Shown here: one piece after another, positions 16,568 to 26,711 of the stretch
How positions within the stretch are numbered: position 1 is the first letter of the stretch
How the letters are laid out: the number at the start of each line of letters is the position of its first letter
Origin: an uncultured Eubacteriales bacterium
Lineage (GTDB): Bacteria; Bacillota; Clostridia; Oscillospirales; UBA644
Assembly (NCBI GenBank): GCA_905207625.1
Contig: CAJLLT010000001.1
Location: 8,577-72,576, forward strand
Reading direction: 5' to 3'
DNA: 64,000 bases
Position numbers and translations under genes: made by a program
The notes under the pieces: generated by a model
Database searches by the model: none
Seen by the model: only the letters and a program-made list of their open reading frames with translations
What the model was told of the DNA's origin: nothing

Positions 16568-19500
16568 AGCGTCCTGACCTCCACCCTGTCGTCACCGAGA
16601 AGTCCCCTCAGGGTACGCACAAAAGTCGGAGACGCGTCAACGTCATTTTTCTTGAAACGTGCCTTCCGGTTTTGATCCACAAAATCAAAGTAGACCTCGT
16701 CTCCGCCCACATTATCCATCATCATCTGAATGCAGTCGTTGACCTTTCCGTTATCAGAGTTGTACATATGCACTATCAATATCCGTCTTTTGGGTTCAGT
16801 TACGGGCTCCTCGTGGGCTTTTACCTGGCGCAGGTCATTTAGTATCACCGACACGGATACATTACCGCCGCCGGAAGCATCCTCTGCCCCGTCACCGCCG
16901 CCGGAAGAGAAGGTATCTTCCTTTATACTCAGTTTTCCCTCTATAAGGAACACCGCATCCTCCGCGATTTTCATGGAAAACTTTTCGTAAGCCTTTGAAA
17001 ACAGAAGTACTTCCACCGAGCCGGTCAGATCCTCTACGGTGCATATTGCCATCTGGGTATCATTCCTGGTCATTTTACGCACGACCTTGGTCATGATACC
17101 GAAAACGGTTATTTTCTGGTTATCCCTGAGTCCGCTGTCGTCCTTCGTCAGTTCGCCGATGGCTGTGGCTCCGGAGGAACGGAATTCCTGTTCATATTCC
17201 CTCATCGGGTGATCGGAAATGTATATGCCGGTGACACCCTTTTCGAGCATGAGTTTATCCTTTTTGCTGAATTCCTCCACATCAGGGAAAATGAAATCGT
17301 CCTCGCCGTCGGGTTCGTCTTCCCCGAACAGACTCATCTGTCCCTCGCTCTTTTCCTTCAGGTAGCCCGAAAGATTCTTCCGGATCTCGGGAAAAGCCTG
17401 GATCATTTGTCTTCTGGACTGTTCAAAAGAGTCGAAAGCTCCGCAGTAAATAAGACTTTCAACCGTCCTTGAGTCCACATCGTAACCGTCAAGCATACGG
17501 CGGCAGAAATTATAGAATCCCGTGAAAGGTCCGTTCTTTTCCCTTTCGGCAAGTATGTCGGCTATGGCAGTGCTTCCGACGCTCTTTACCCCTTTCAGAC
17601 CGAAACGGACACCGTTTCCGCTGACGGTAAAAATATCCTCACTTTCATTTATATCCGGAGGAAGAAGATCTATATGCTGGTTGCGGCATTCGTTTATATA
17701 TCCCACCATTTTGTCGGTCTTATCGATGACCGAGGTAAGAAGAGCCGCCATGTATTCCTTCTTGTAATGTGTTTTAAGATACGCCGTGTAATAAGTGACA
17801 TAGGCATATGCCGCCGCATGGGATTTATTAAAGGCATATTCCGCGAATTTGACCATTTCGTCGTATATTTCGTTGGCGATATCCGCGGGGATACCGTTCG
17901 CGACACAACCGGGGATCTCCACGCTTCCGTCTTCCCTCTTCTTGCCGTTGACGAAATACTCCCGCTCCCGGGTCATGATATCCATTTTTTTCTTACCCAT
18001 TGCCTTACGCACAACGTCAGCACGGCCGTAGGAGAAACCCGCAAGTTCGCGGCCTATCTGCATTACCTGCTCCTGATAGACCATGCAGCCGTAGGTAACG
18101 TTAAGTATGGGCTCAAGCGCCGGATGCTTATAAACTATCTTATCCGGATGCTGTTTGTTGTATATGTACGTGGGAATACTGTCCATAGGACCGGGGCGGT
18201 AAAGAGAGATAATAGCTATAATATCCTCCATGCCTCTGGGCTTGAGGGAGATGAGGGTCTTTTTCATTCCCCCGGACTCAAGCTGGAATATACCGTCTGT
18301 CTGCCCCTGTGAAAGCAAATCGTATACCGCCGGATCGTCAACATCGACCTCTTCAATGTTGAAATCCGGTTTGTACTTTCTTATCAGTTTGCTTGCATCA
18401 TTTATGACCGTAAGGTTTCTCAGACCGAGGAAGTCCATCTTTACCAGACCGACATGCTCGACCTCCACCATATCGAACTGAGCCACGACCTGCCCGTCGT
18501 TGACGGCAAGGGGAACATACTTGTAGACCGGCTCCTTTGAGATAACTATACCGCAGGCATGAACGGAGGCGTGACGGGGAGAATTTTCTATGCTCTCCGA
18601 CATATCTATAAGTTCTTTTATCCTCGGATCGCTCTCGTACATGGCATGGAGTTCCGGAACTTTTTCCACACAAAGATGAAGATAGGACATCTTCTTCTCT
18701 TCTTTGGTAAGATTCATCTTGTCCGGGATCATTTTGGTCAGAGCGTTTGCCTCCTGGGGAGAAAAGCCCAGGACACGGGCGACATCTTTTACCGCAGCCT
18801 TCGCCTTCATGGTTCCGAAGGTGACTATATTCGCGACATGATCTTCCCCGTATCGGCGTTTCACATAAGCCAGAACGTCGCTGCGGCGCACGGGGCACAT
18901 ATCCACGTCAAAGTCCGGCATACTGATTCTTTCGGGGTTGAGAAAACGCTCGAAAATCAGATTGTACCGTATGGGTTCAATGTTTGTTATTCTTATGCAG
19001 TACGCCACAAGGCTTCCTGCGCCGGAGCCTCGTCCGGGACCGATGGGAATACCGTGATCCTTTGCATAGCGTATGAAGTCCATGACTATAAGGAAGTAGT
19101 CAACGAACCCCATTTTGTTGATGACGCTCAGCTCATATTCCAGACGCTCGATAAGCGCGGGAGTCTGCTGCTGCTTTGTATATCTGCGGTCAAGTCCCTC
19201 ATAGGCGATCTTACGCAGATAGTCATAGTGACTGAGTCCCTCCGTCCATTCAAAAACGGGCAGATAGTAGACCTTGTTCTTCTCATCATCTATCTCCGGG
19301 AACACCACATTGCAGCGTTCCGCTATTTTCATTGTATTGTCACAGGCCTCGGGTATGTAGTCGAAGAGTTTTCGCATCTCCTCTTCGCTTTTCAGATAAA
19401 ACTCATCCGTGGAGAAGCCCATCCCGGTGTCCTCGCTCATTGTCTTCTGAGTCTGAACACAAAGAAGGATCTTCTGAGCCTTTGCATCAGTTTTTCGCAG

Positions 19501-20115
19501 GTAGTGGGCGTCGTTTGTGGCAACAACGGGAATCCCGGTCTCCTGATGGAGCTTGAGTATTCCCCGGCATACCACAGGGTCATCCTCCAGGCCGTGATCC
19601 TGAATTTCCAGATAATAGTTTTCCGGTCCGAAAACATCCCTGAAACGCAAAGCAAGTGCCTTTGCGCCCTCGTAATCCCCCTGGATCAGTTTCTGCTGTA
19701 CATCTCCGGCAAAGCACGCCGAAAGACATATAAGCCCCTCATGATACTTTTCCAGGAGCTCCCAGTCAACACGGGGACGATAATAGAAGCCCTCCATATT
19801 GGCAAAGGAAACCATCTCTATAAGGTTCTTATAGCCCACATTATCCTTGCACAGAAGCACAAGGTGTCCCATTTCACGGGTGGATTTATCAAAACGGGAT
19901 TTCAGACAGGTATAGACCTCACAGCCTATTATGGGCTTTATCCCGTTGGTTTTGGCTTCACGGTAAAAAACTATAGTGGCGTACATATTGCCGTGGTCGG
20001 TCATGGCGATTGAGGTCTGTCCCATTTCCTTAAGCAGCGGCATCATCTTCTTTATCCGGCAGGCACCGTCAAGAAGACTGTATTCGGTATGTACATGAAG
20101 GTGTGTAAATCCCAT
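16564..20115 (-). CDS. dnaE: DNA polymerase III alpha subunit (DnaE type, PHP + pol + OB)
   Basis: MGFTHLHVHTEYSLLDG PHP N-terminus; about 1180 aa. ATG at 20115 lies 6 nt after GGAAAGGTG; the track ORF starts at a GTG at 20124. Confidence 0.95.
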   Translation of the reverse strand: MGFTHLHVHTEYSLLDGACRIKKMMPLLKEMGQTSIAMTDHGNMYATIVFYREAKTNGIKPIIGCEVYTCLKSRFDKSTREMGHLVLLCKDNVGYKNLIEMVSFANMEGFYYRPRVDWELLEKYHEGLICLSACFAGDVQQKLIQGDYEGAKALALRFRDVFGPENYYLEIQDHGLEDDPVVCRGILKLHQETGIPVVATNDAHYLRKTDAKAQKILLCVQTQKTMSEDTGMGFSTDEFYLKSEEEMRKLFDYIPEACDNTMKIAERCNVVFPEIDDEKNKVYYLPVFEWTEGLSHYDYLRKIAYEGLDRRYTKQQQTPALIERLEYELSVINKMGFVDYFLIVMDFIRYAKDHGIPIGPGRGSGAGSLVAYCIRITNIEPIRYNLIFERFLNPERISMPDFDVDMCPVRRSDVLAYVKRRYGEDHVANIVTFGTMKAKAAVKDVARVLGFSPQEANALTKMIPDKMNLTKEEKKMSYLHLCVEKVPELHAMYESDPRIKELIDMSESIENSPRHASVHACGIVISKEPVYKYVPLAVNDGQVVAQFDMVEVEHVGLVKMDFLGLRNLTVINDASKLIRKYKPDFNIEEVDVDDPAVYDLLSQGQTDGIFQLESGGMKKTLISLKPRGMEDIIAIISLYRPGPMDSIPTYIYNKQHPDKIVYKHPALEPILNVTYGCMVYQEQVMQIGRELAGFSYGRADVVRKAMGKKKMDIMTREREYFVNGKKREDGSVEIPGCVANGIPADIANEIYDEMVKFAEYAFNKSHAAAYAYVTYYTAYLKTHYKKEYMAALLTSVIDKTDKMVGYINECRNQHIDLLPPDINESEDIFTVSGNGVRFGLKGVKSVGSTAIADILAEREKNGPFTGFYNFCRRMLDGYDVDSRTVESLIYCGAFDSFEQSRRQMIQAFPEIRKNLSGYLKEKSEGQMSLFGEDEPDGEDDFIFPDVEEFSKKDKLMLEKGVTGIYISDHPMREYEQEFRSSGATAIGELTKDDSGLRDNQKITVFGIMTKVVRKMTRNDTQMAICTVEDLTGSVEVLLFSKAYEKFSMKIAEDAVFLIEGKLSIKEDTFSSGGGDGAEDASGGGNVSVSVILNDLRQVKAHEEPVTEPKRRILIVHMYNSDNGKVNDCIQMMMDNVGGDEVYFDFVDQNRKARFKKNDVDASPTFVRTLRGLLGDDRVEVRTL

Positions 20116-20129
20116 ATTTTTCACCTTTC

Positions 20130-21023
20130 CTATTCTTTCGCAAGTTGCATTATCTTTCTCATTCTGTGCGCCACTCCGGACTTTGTCAGAGGAGGCTCCA
20201 TTGCCTGTCCCAACTGTACAAGCGTCATTTCCGGGTGGTCAAGTCTTGCCCTCGCAAGGTCAAGAAGCTGCCTGTCCTCATCAAGTGCGCCTTTTTTCAT
20301 CAGGGCATTTATCGCCTTTATCTGCGCCCTGGAAGCGGCTATGTTTTTATCCAGATTAGCCGATTCACAGTTTATGGCTCTGTTGATATTGTTACGGAGT
20401 TCTCTCTCTATTTCCACGTTTGCAAAATCAAACACAAAGTCCGTGGCTCCGATAACCGTCAGAAAATCTTTTATAGGTTCCCCGCTTTTCAGATACGCTA
20501 TTTTCTTCCCGCTCCGGGTTATGGTCCTCAAATTTATACCGAACTCGGAGCAATACCTCACCAGATCCTCCGCAAGGAGAATATGCGGGGTTCTTATCTC
20601 AAGATGATACGCTCTTCCGGGCTGTGAAATAAACCCTCCGGCAATGAATACTCCCCTAAGGAAGGATTTCATACAGCATTCCTTTTCCGTTACCGAAAAA
20701 TCGATGCGCAACGGCGGCGTGATCTTATAATTGCCTATATAACGGACTATTCTGGAAATATTCTGTGTGCCCTGCACCCGGAGTATAAAATTCTTCGCCC
20801 CGTCCGAAGCCTCCGTTAAGGTATAATTCTGTTTTCCGATTATGCCGGCGATCATTTTTTCATACCGCTGCATTATATCGGCGTGTTCGGTAACTATTTT
20901 TATTGCGTCCGGGCGGAATGTGTTGCAGAACAGCAGAAAACCGTACAGTTCGGCATTCGCACAGCAGGCCTGTGTGTCCTGGGCGCAAAGAGACTGTTTT
21001 ATTCTGTAGGAATAACTTTTCAC
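20130..21023 (-). CDS. whiA: DNA-binding protein WhiA
   Basis: 297 aa with a degenerate LAGLIDADG-like core and a C-terminal HTH (MTLVQLGQAM...SGVAHRMRKI); GTGA overlap with murB. Confidence 0.85.
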   Translation of the reverse strand: MKSYSYRIKQSLCAQDTQACCANAELYGFLLFCNTFRPDAIKIVTEHADIMQRYEKMIAGIIGKQNYTLTEASDGAKNFILRVQGTQNISRIVRYIGNYKITPPLRIDFSVTEKECCMKSFLRGVFIAGGFISQPGRAYHLEIRTPHILLAEDLVRYCSEFGINLRTITRSGKKIAYLKSGEPIKDFLTVIGATDFVFDFANVEIERELRNNINRAINCESANLDKNIAASRAQIKAINALMKKGALDEDRQLLDLARARLDHPEMTLVQLGQAMEPPLTKSGVAHRMRKIMQLAKE

Positions 21024-21919
21024 AGCATCCTTATCTCCGTTTCAAGTTCCACTCCGAACCGCTCAAGCACGGTTCTTTTTATATCTTCAATCAGCAGTTT
21101 TACATCCTCTGCCGTGGCGGAGCCGGTATTGACGATAAATCCGGCGTGCTTCGGACTGACCTGTGCGCCGCCTACGGAAACTCCTTTAAGCCCGCAGTCC
21201 TCTATCAGCTTTCCCGCAAAGTGTCCCTCGGGACGTTTGAAAACGCTTCCGGCGGAAGGGTATTCCAGCGGCTGACTTGACCTGCGCTTCGCGGTAAGGG
21301 CAGCCATCTCAGACCGGATCTGCTCCTTTTCACCCGCGGTAAGCTGCATTTCAACCCTGCACACCACGTCGCCGGGGCGAAAACACGAATGTCTGTAGCC
21401 GAAATCGTGGGCTTTTCCCTCCACGGTCCGTATATTTCCCTCACTGTCAACGAATACGGTCCGGACCGCTATCTGCGACATTTCGCCGCCGTAAGCGCCG
21501 GCGTTCATGACCACAGCGCCGCCTACGGAGCCTGGTATGCCGAAAAGCTTCTCCATACCGGAAAGAGAGCTCTCCGCCGCAGTATTTGCCGCCTTGCACA
21601 GGAGTACCCCCGCCCCGGCAGTAAGAATATTTGCCTTAACCGAAAGCTGCTGCATAAGGTCAGTTTTTATCAGAGGAAGCTTAAGTCCCTCATCAGGAAC
21701 AAGGACATTTGAGCCGTTGCCGAGGACCGTATACCTGCCTTTTCCGAAAAAACGGACGCATTCCGCAGCTTCGGAAGCATTCCGGGGATAAACGACCACC
21801 GATGCCGGTCCGCCGATGCGGAAAGAAGTGCAGGAAGACATAACAACGTCACTCCGGCAACAGATATTATGTTTCAGCGCGAAATCAAGGGTCTTCTGAA
21901 CCGTGGCTGCGTCAGTCAT
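21020..21919 (-). CDS. murB: UDP-N-acetylenolpyruvoylglucosamine reductase
   Basis: FAD-binding FRIGGPA, GNGSN and C-terminal GSVFKRP...AGKLIE motifs. Confidence 0.9.
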   Translation of the reverse strand: MTDAATVQKTLDFALKHNICCRSDVVMSSCTSFRIGGPASVVVYPRNASEAAECVRFFGKGRYTVLGNGSNVLVPDEGLKLPLIKTDLMQQLSVKANILTAGAGVLLCKAANTAAESSLSGMEKLFGIPGSVGGAVVMNAGAYGGEMSQIAVRTVFVDSEGNIRTVEGKAHDFGYRHSCFRPGDVVCRVEMQLTAGEKEQIRSEMAALTAKRRSSQPLEYPSAGSVFKRPEGHFAGKLIEDCGLKGVSVGGAQVSPKHAGFIVNTGSATAEDVKLLIEDIKRTVLERFGVELETEIRML

Positions 21920-22862
21920 TCCCAATTCCGTCCATACTTTCCATGAGTTTTTTGTTCAGTTCCGCCGCGGCATTGTAACCCAGTCTACGCTGACGGTTAT
22001 TCATCGCCGCAACTTCGATTATTATGGCAAGATTACGCCCCGGCTGGATCGGTATTGTCACAGTGGGGATCTTCAGTCCCAGAATATCGTAGTACTTTTC
22101 ATCCATGCCGAACCGCTCGTACTGCTTGTTGTCATCCCATGGTTCCATCTGAACCACAAGTTCAATCTTTTCGGTTTCCTTGACGGCGCCCATACCGAAT
22201 ATTCGGCGGACGTCGACTATGCCTATGCCCCGGAGCTCCACAAGGTAACGGATTATCTCCGGAGAAGATCCCACAAGGGTCTTATTGGAAACTTTCTTTA
22301 TCTCCACCGCATCATCGGCAACCAGCCGGTGACCTCTTTTCAGCAGTTCTATGGCTGTCTCGCTCTTTCCGACGCCGCTGTCGCCGATCATCAGGACACC
22401 CTGACCGTAAACTTCAACAAGAACTCCGTGACGGGTCTCCCTGGGTGCAAGAGCCAGATTCAGCGCATTTATAAGAATAAACGTAAGATTGGAGGCTGTT
22501 TCTTCGGAACTGAAAACAGGAACGCTGTGATTCCTTGCCGCCTGAAGTATCTCCTCGCTCGGCGGAATATTATGGGCAACGATAAGGGCAGGTATACCGG
22601 TTGCCATCAGACGGTCATAACGGGCATACTGCTCCTGTCTGGAAAATTCAGACAGATAATTCGCCTCTACCTTTCCTACAACCTGAATACGCTTCGGATC
22701 GAAATAGTCAAAATACCCGGAAAGCTGAAGTCCGGGACGGTTTATTTCGGCGGTGGTTATCAGTATTTTATCAAGATTGCCCTTTTCCCCCTCGGGAAGC
22801 CAGACCGGTTTTACGCCGATCTCGTCGGCAATTTTCGCGAGACTGACGGAGTAACTTACCAT
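21912..22862 (-). CDS. hprK: HPr kinase/phosphorylase
   Basis: GVLMIGDSGVGKSETAIELLKRGHRLVADD signature; ATG at 22862 follows AGGAGA. The longer track ORF is unlikely. Confidence 0.9.
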   Translation of the reverse strand: MVSYSVSLAKIADEIGVKPVWLPEGEKGNLDKILITTAEINRPGLQLSGYFDYFDPKRIQVVGKVEANYLSEFSRQEQYARYDRLMATGIPALIVAHNIPPSEEILQAARNHSVPVFSSEETASNLTFILINALNLALAPRETRHGVLVEVYGQGVLMIGDSGVGKSETAIELLKRGHRLVADDAVEIKKVSNKTLVGSSPEIIRYLVELRGIGIVDVRRIFGMGAVKETEKIELVVQMEPWDDNKQYERFGMDEKYYDILGLKIPTVTIPIQPGRNLAIIIEVAAMNNRQRRLGYNAAAELNKKLMESMDGIGND

Positions 22863-23017
22863 ATTACTTCTCCTGATTCTTAACCCTGTTGTTATTTTTT
22901 GCAGTAACGGGAGAGCCGACAAAAGCCGGTTCTCCCGTAAATGGCATTGATTTAACCGTTCCGTCATAACAGCATATTCCCACACGGTGCCGATAATGAC
23001 GGAAAAGACCCTTCAGC

Positions 23018-24997
23018 TTATTCTGCGGGAGTTTCTTCCACCGCTTCGGCGGATGCTTCAGTCTCTGCTTCAGGAGCGGAAACATAGTCATCGGGCATGA
23101 TCTCGCCGACAGCCTTGATGGACAGGCTCACTCTCTTTGCGTCATAGTCTATCTCAATGATCTTCGCCATTACCTTCTGGCCGACGGTAAGAGCATCGGA
23201 GACTTTCGCTATACGCTTGTTGGAGATCTGAGAAATATGAACCAGACCGTCAATATCGGGAATAACGGAAACGAACGCACCGTAAGGCATAACCTTAAGC
23301 ACTTCGACCTCCATCTCATCCCCTACCTGATGGGTAGCGGCGAGGATCTTCCAGGGATCTTCGGATTCATTTTTCATGGTAAGGGAAATTCTTCTCTTCT
23401 CAAGATCAAGGGACTTGACCTCGACCTTTACCTTATCGCCGACTTCAACAACCTCTTTGGGATTGTGGATGCGTTTCCAGGTCATATCGGTGATATGTAC
23501 CAGACCGTCTACGCCGCCGATATCGACAAAAGCACCGAAGGGAAGGATGGAACGTACGGTTCCCTCATAGACCTTACCGGTTTCAAGAGTAGCCCAGACC
23601 TCGTCAGCCTGCTTCTGCTTCTCTTCCTTGAGAACGCTCTTTATGGAGCCGATTATTCTCTTTCTCTTGGAGTTGAGACCCTCAACTTCGATTATACGGA
23701 AGTTCACGGTCTGATCCTTGAGCTGTTCAAGATCAGAGTCACGGCGGAGGGTAGCCTGGGAAGCGGGTATGAATACTCTGACGCTGCTGTAATTTACAAC
23801 AACACCGCCCTTTACGATCTCGGTTACCTTGCCGGTGAGAACTTCGCCGGATTCAAATGCGGCAGAGATCTTTTCCAGACCCTTTGCGGAATCAAGATTC
23901 TTCTTGGACAGAAGAGCTGTACCCTCTGTATCGGTGACCTTCACCACGAAGGCTTCGACTTCATCGCCGACAGCTACGGGTTTGTCGTCATTGGAGAACT
24001 CCGCAACGGGAATTATGCCCGTATACTTAACGCCCAGATCAACCTGAACCTCAGTTCCGTTGACGGCACTGACGATACCCTTGACACGCTGGCCGTTACG
24101 GATGGGTTTCATGCTCTCAACGGCAGCGGCAAAGTCTATATCCTCCTCAGTCATAATCTTGTTGTCAATTTCATTTGTCATGGTGTAAATAACCTCCTCG
24201 GTCATATCCGCCGGAGTTGACGCTCCCGAAGACAGACCTATTTTTTTATATTTATTGATATCCGGGGGTAACCCGGTTGCGCTCTCAATGAGTATTGCCG
24301 GACAGTTGCGGAGTGCGGTCTGATACAGTTTTTTTGTATTGGAACTGTTTTTTCCTCCGACTATTACGAAAAAATCAACTTCCCGGCTGAGTTTTTCAAC
24401 TTCAGACTGGCGTTTCTCCGTGGAGGGACAGATCGTGTCTATGACCCTAACTCCCGGAAAACCCTCTGCAATTCTGCACATCCGCCGCCAGGTCTCTACG
24501 GAAAACGTTGTCTGGGAGATCAATGTTACGGGATCATTGTCTGTCCCGGAAAGAACCTCCGCCAGCTGCTCAGGGCTTGATACGACCTCAGCTTTTCCCC
24601 GGCACGAACCGACTATTCCGATAACTTCGGGATGGATCGGATCGCCAGCCACTATCAGCCTGTCACAGTTTTTCGCTATCACGTGGATACGTTCGACCTT
24701 AGGACAGGTCATGTCAACTACTTCCGCTCCTGTGGCACGGAGTGCGGTCTCCATGGAATCAGGGATACCGTGGGCACGGATTATAACCGTATCCCCGGGT
24801 CGCACAACCGAAATATCCTCAGTAACAAAGACGCCCTTACGGCGCAGACCTTCGGTTATACTTCCGTTGTGGATAAGCTCACCCCAGGTATAGACCCGGC
24901 CTTTACGGTGCTCCGACGCGATCTTTTCAGCCATACCCACCGCCCTTGCCACTCCGTAGCAGAATCCGATGGTTTCCGTCTTATAGATCCGCATCAT
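23018..24997 (-). CDS. ispH: bifunctional 4-hydroxy-3-methylbut-2-enyl diphosphate reductase / S1 RNA-binding-repeat protein
   Basis: N-terminal IspH/LytB (GFCYGVARAV...) fused to four S1-like repeats (GxV..I..FGAFV); this fusion is known in Clostridia. Confidence 0.9.
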   Translation of the reverse strand: MMRIYKTETIGFCYGVARAVGMAEKIASEHRKGRVYTWGELIHNGSITEGLRRKGVFVTEDISVVRPGDTVIIRAHGIPDSMETALRATGAEVVDMTCPKVERIHVIAKNCDRLIVAGDPIHPEVIGIVGSCRGKAEVVSSPEQLAEVLSGTDNDPVTLISQTTFSVETWRRMCRIAEGFPGVRVIDTICPSTEKRQSEVEKLSREVDFFVIVGGKNSSNTKKLYQTALRNCPAILIESATGLPPDINKYKKIGLSSGASTPADMTEEVIYTMTNEIDNKIMTEEDIDFAAAVESMKPIRNGQRVKGIVSAVNGTEVQVDLGVKYTGIIPVAEFSNDDKPVAVGDEVEAFVVKVTDTEGTALLSKKNLDSAKGLEKISAAFESGEVLTGKVTEIVKGGVVVNYSSVRVFIPASQATLRRDSDLEQLKDQTVNFRIIEVEGLNSKRKRIIGSIKSVLKEEKQKQADEVWATLETGKVYEGTVRSILPFGAFVDIGGVDGLVHITDMTWKRIHNPKEVVEVGDKVKVEVKSLDLEKRRISLTMKNESEDPWKILAATHQVGDEMEVEVLKVMPYGAFVSVIPDIDGLVHISQISNKRIAKVSDALTVGQKVMAKIIEIDYDAKRVSLSIKAVGEIMPDDYVSAPEAETEASAEAVEETPAE

Positions 24998-25580
24998 TCA
25001 TACCGTACACATTCCGCATGAGTTTCTGAGCTTCTGCGGTAAATTCCTCCGATGTGGAGTTTGCCGGACAGATGTCTGCCGGGGAAACGGGTTTCCCGAC
25101 ATAAACGCTGATGCTGTTGAATATATGCACACGTCTTTTATAGACGATGTGAACAGGTTGAAGTGTAGCCCCGGTCTTTGCCGCAAACATAACAAATCCG
25201 CCTTTGACGTTACTTTTGCTTTCATCCCGGACCCGGGTTCCCTCCGGGAAAATTCCGAGGACTCCGCCGGATTTAAGTATCCGCAGCGCGGTTTTCATGG
25301 CGGAAATATCGTTGTGTCCCCTGTCCACGGGAAATGCACCGTAGTGCTTCGCGGCCCAGCGGACGACCGGAGTATCAAAAAGCTCTTTCTTTGCCATGAA
25401 ACGGACGTGGGCTTTATTTCCGAAAACTATATTGAAAACGAAAACGTCCAGATTTGAGTAATGATTCCCGAAAACTATCAACGGTCTGTCGGAGGAAAGA
25501 TTTTCCCTGCCGTAAACCCGGAATCGGTTAAAGACACGAAACCAGAACGTAAAGATAATCCGCCCAAGTTTATATATCAC
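24981..25580 (-). CDS. plsC: 1-acyl-sn-glycerol-3-phosphate acyltransferase
   Basis: NHYSNLD (HX4D) and FPEGTR motifs; GTGA overlap with cmk. Confidence 0.85.
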   Translation of the reverse strand: MIYKLGRIIFTFWFRVFNRFRVYGRENLSSDRPLIVFGNHYSNLDVFVFNIVFGNKAHVRFMAKKELFDTPVVRWAAKHYGAFPVDRGHNDISAMKTALRILKSGGVLGIFPEGTRVRDESKSNVKGGFVMFAAKTGATLQPVHIVYKRRVHIFNSISVYVGKPVSPADICPANSTSEEFTAEAQKLMRNVYGMNDADL

Positions 25581-26269
25581 CGCAGATCACCGTCAAAACC
25601 TTTCTGCCTCATTATGGACAGAACGCCTGCAACCGACCCTTCCTCATCCATTCCGGTATTGTCAAGAAAAACCGCATCCTCAGCCTTTCGCAGAGGCGAC
25701 ACAGCCCGGTGGGAATCGTTGTAATCGCGCTGATTTATCTGATGCAGGACCTGCTCATAGGTAACGTCTTCCCCCTTAGCCCTGAGATCCGCCAGTCTTC
25801 TGCGGGCTCTCTCGGCAGGGGTCGCTGTCATATATATCTTGTATGTGGCATCGGGAAGGATGACCGTTCCGATATCCCGACCGTCCATGATTATACTGTT
25901 GTTACGGGCTATATCCCGTTGCAAATGAAGAAGAAATTTCCTGACCTCGGGAATTGCCGAAACCGTCGATGCTGCGGAGGCGACCTCCGGGGTTCTTATC
26001 CTGTCGGAAACATCCTCACCGTTGAGAAAGACATGCTGTTGCCCGTCGATGTGGCCGAAGTTTACCTCGGCATTATCCAGCAGTGAAATCACTGCGGAAG
26101 TATCCGAAGGATCAACGCCGCTTTCAAGGGTCAGAAGTCCCAGCGCACGGTACAGGGCACCGGTATCGACGTATATATAGCCGAGACGTCCGGCAAGCAT
26201 TTTTGCTACAGTGCTCTTTCCGGCTCCGGAAGGTCCGTCTATGGCAATACTAACAAAACTACAGTCCAT
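25577..26269 (-). CDS. cmk: cytidylate kinase
   Basis: IAIDGPSGAGKSTVAK P-loop; 230 aa. Confidence 0.9.
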   Translation of the reverse strand: MDCSFVSIAIDGPSGAGKSTVAKMLAGRLGYIYVDTGALYRALGLLTLESGVDPSDTSAVISLLDNAEVNFGHIDGQQHVFLNGEDVSDRIRTPEVASAASTVSAIPEVRKFLLHLQRDIARNNSIIMDGRDIGTVILPDATYKIYMTATPAERARRRLADLRAKGEDVTYEQVLHQINQRDYNDSHRAVSPLRKAEDAVFLDNTGMDEEGSVAGVLSIMRQKGFDGDLR

Positions 26270-26291
26270 AATCCGCTCTTTTCGTAAGATT

Positions 26292-26711
26292 TCAGATCAC
26301 CCTGTGACCCAGGCCTATTCCCACCTCATTCAGGTTCATCATGCCTATTCCGAAGAAAACAGCAACGGAAACGTGTTCGTTGCATCTCGCAACGGCGATC
26401 TTGCCGCCCACATTCAGTCCCACGGCCTTCTGAAGTATCTGAGCCACGGCTTCCCGGGCAGCCCCGGCAACCGAGCCTTCTTCGGAGTGGCTTTCCCCGA
26501 TGACACCGTCGCGTTTACTGACAAGGACGGCCCGTTCGATTATCTTGTTTATGGAAGGAATGAACTCTCCGCCGAAATCCACCGCCACAGACCTTATCCC
26601 ACGGGCAGCGTACTGCTGCTTCAGCTGGGACTCTTCGTTTCTGTCATTGCTTACCGCAAGTTTTATTGCGGCGGCGGCAACCTCATGGCTTCCGGGAACG
26701 GATTCTGTCAT
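26292..26711 (-). CDS. HutP-family protein (putative RNA-binding antiterminator-like)
   Basis: 139 aa, colinear with B. subtilis HutP as I recall it (..ESH....A..EA... and a C-terminal GIGLGHRVI versus GVGINHI); ATGA overlap with the upstream gene. Confidence 0.6.
   Translation of the reverse strand: MTESVPGSHEVAAAAIKLAVSNDRNEESQLKQQYAARGIRSVAVDFGGEFIPSINKIIERAVLVSKRDGVIGESHSEEGSVAGAAREAVAQILQKAVGLNVGGKIAVARCNEHVSVAVFFGIGMMNLNEVGIGLGHRVI

Noticed and set aside
18559-20013. 484-aa ORF antisense to dnaE
   Set aside because: This is the same in-phase antisense artefact (register 1 mod 3 on both strands). dnaE is unambiguous and the antisense product has no recognisable domain.
23018-24997. IspH fused to S1 repeats as a novel fusion
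   Set aside because: This bifunctional IspH/S1 architecture is well known and widespread in Clostridia, as is the cmk-plsC-ispH/S1 neighbourhood. It is not novel.
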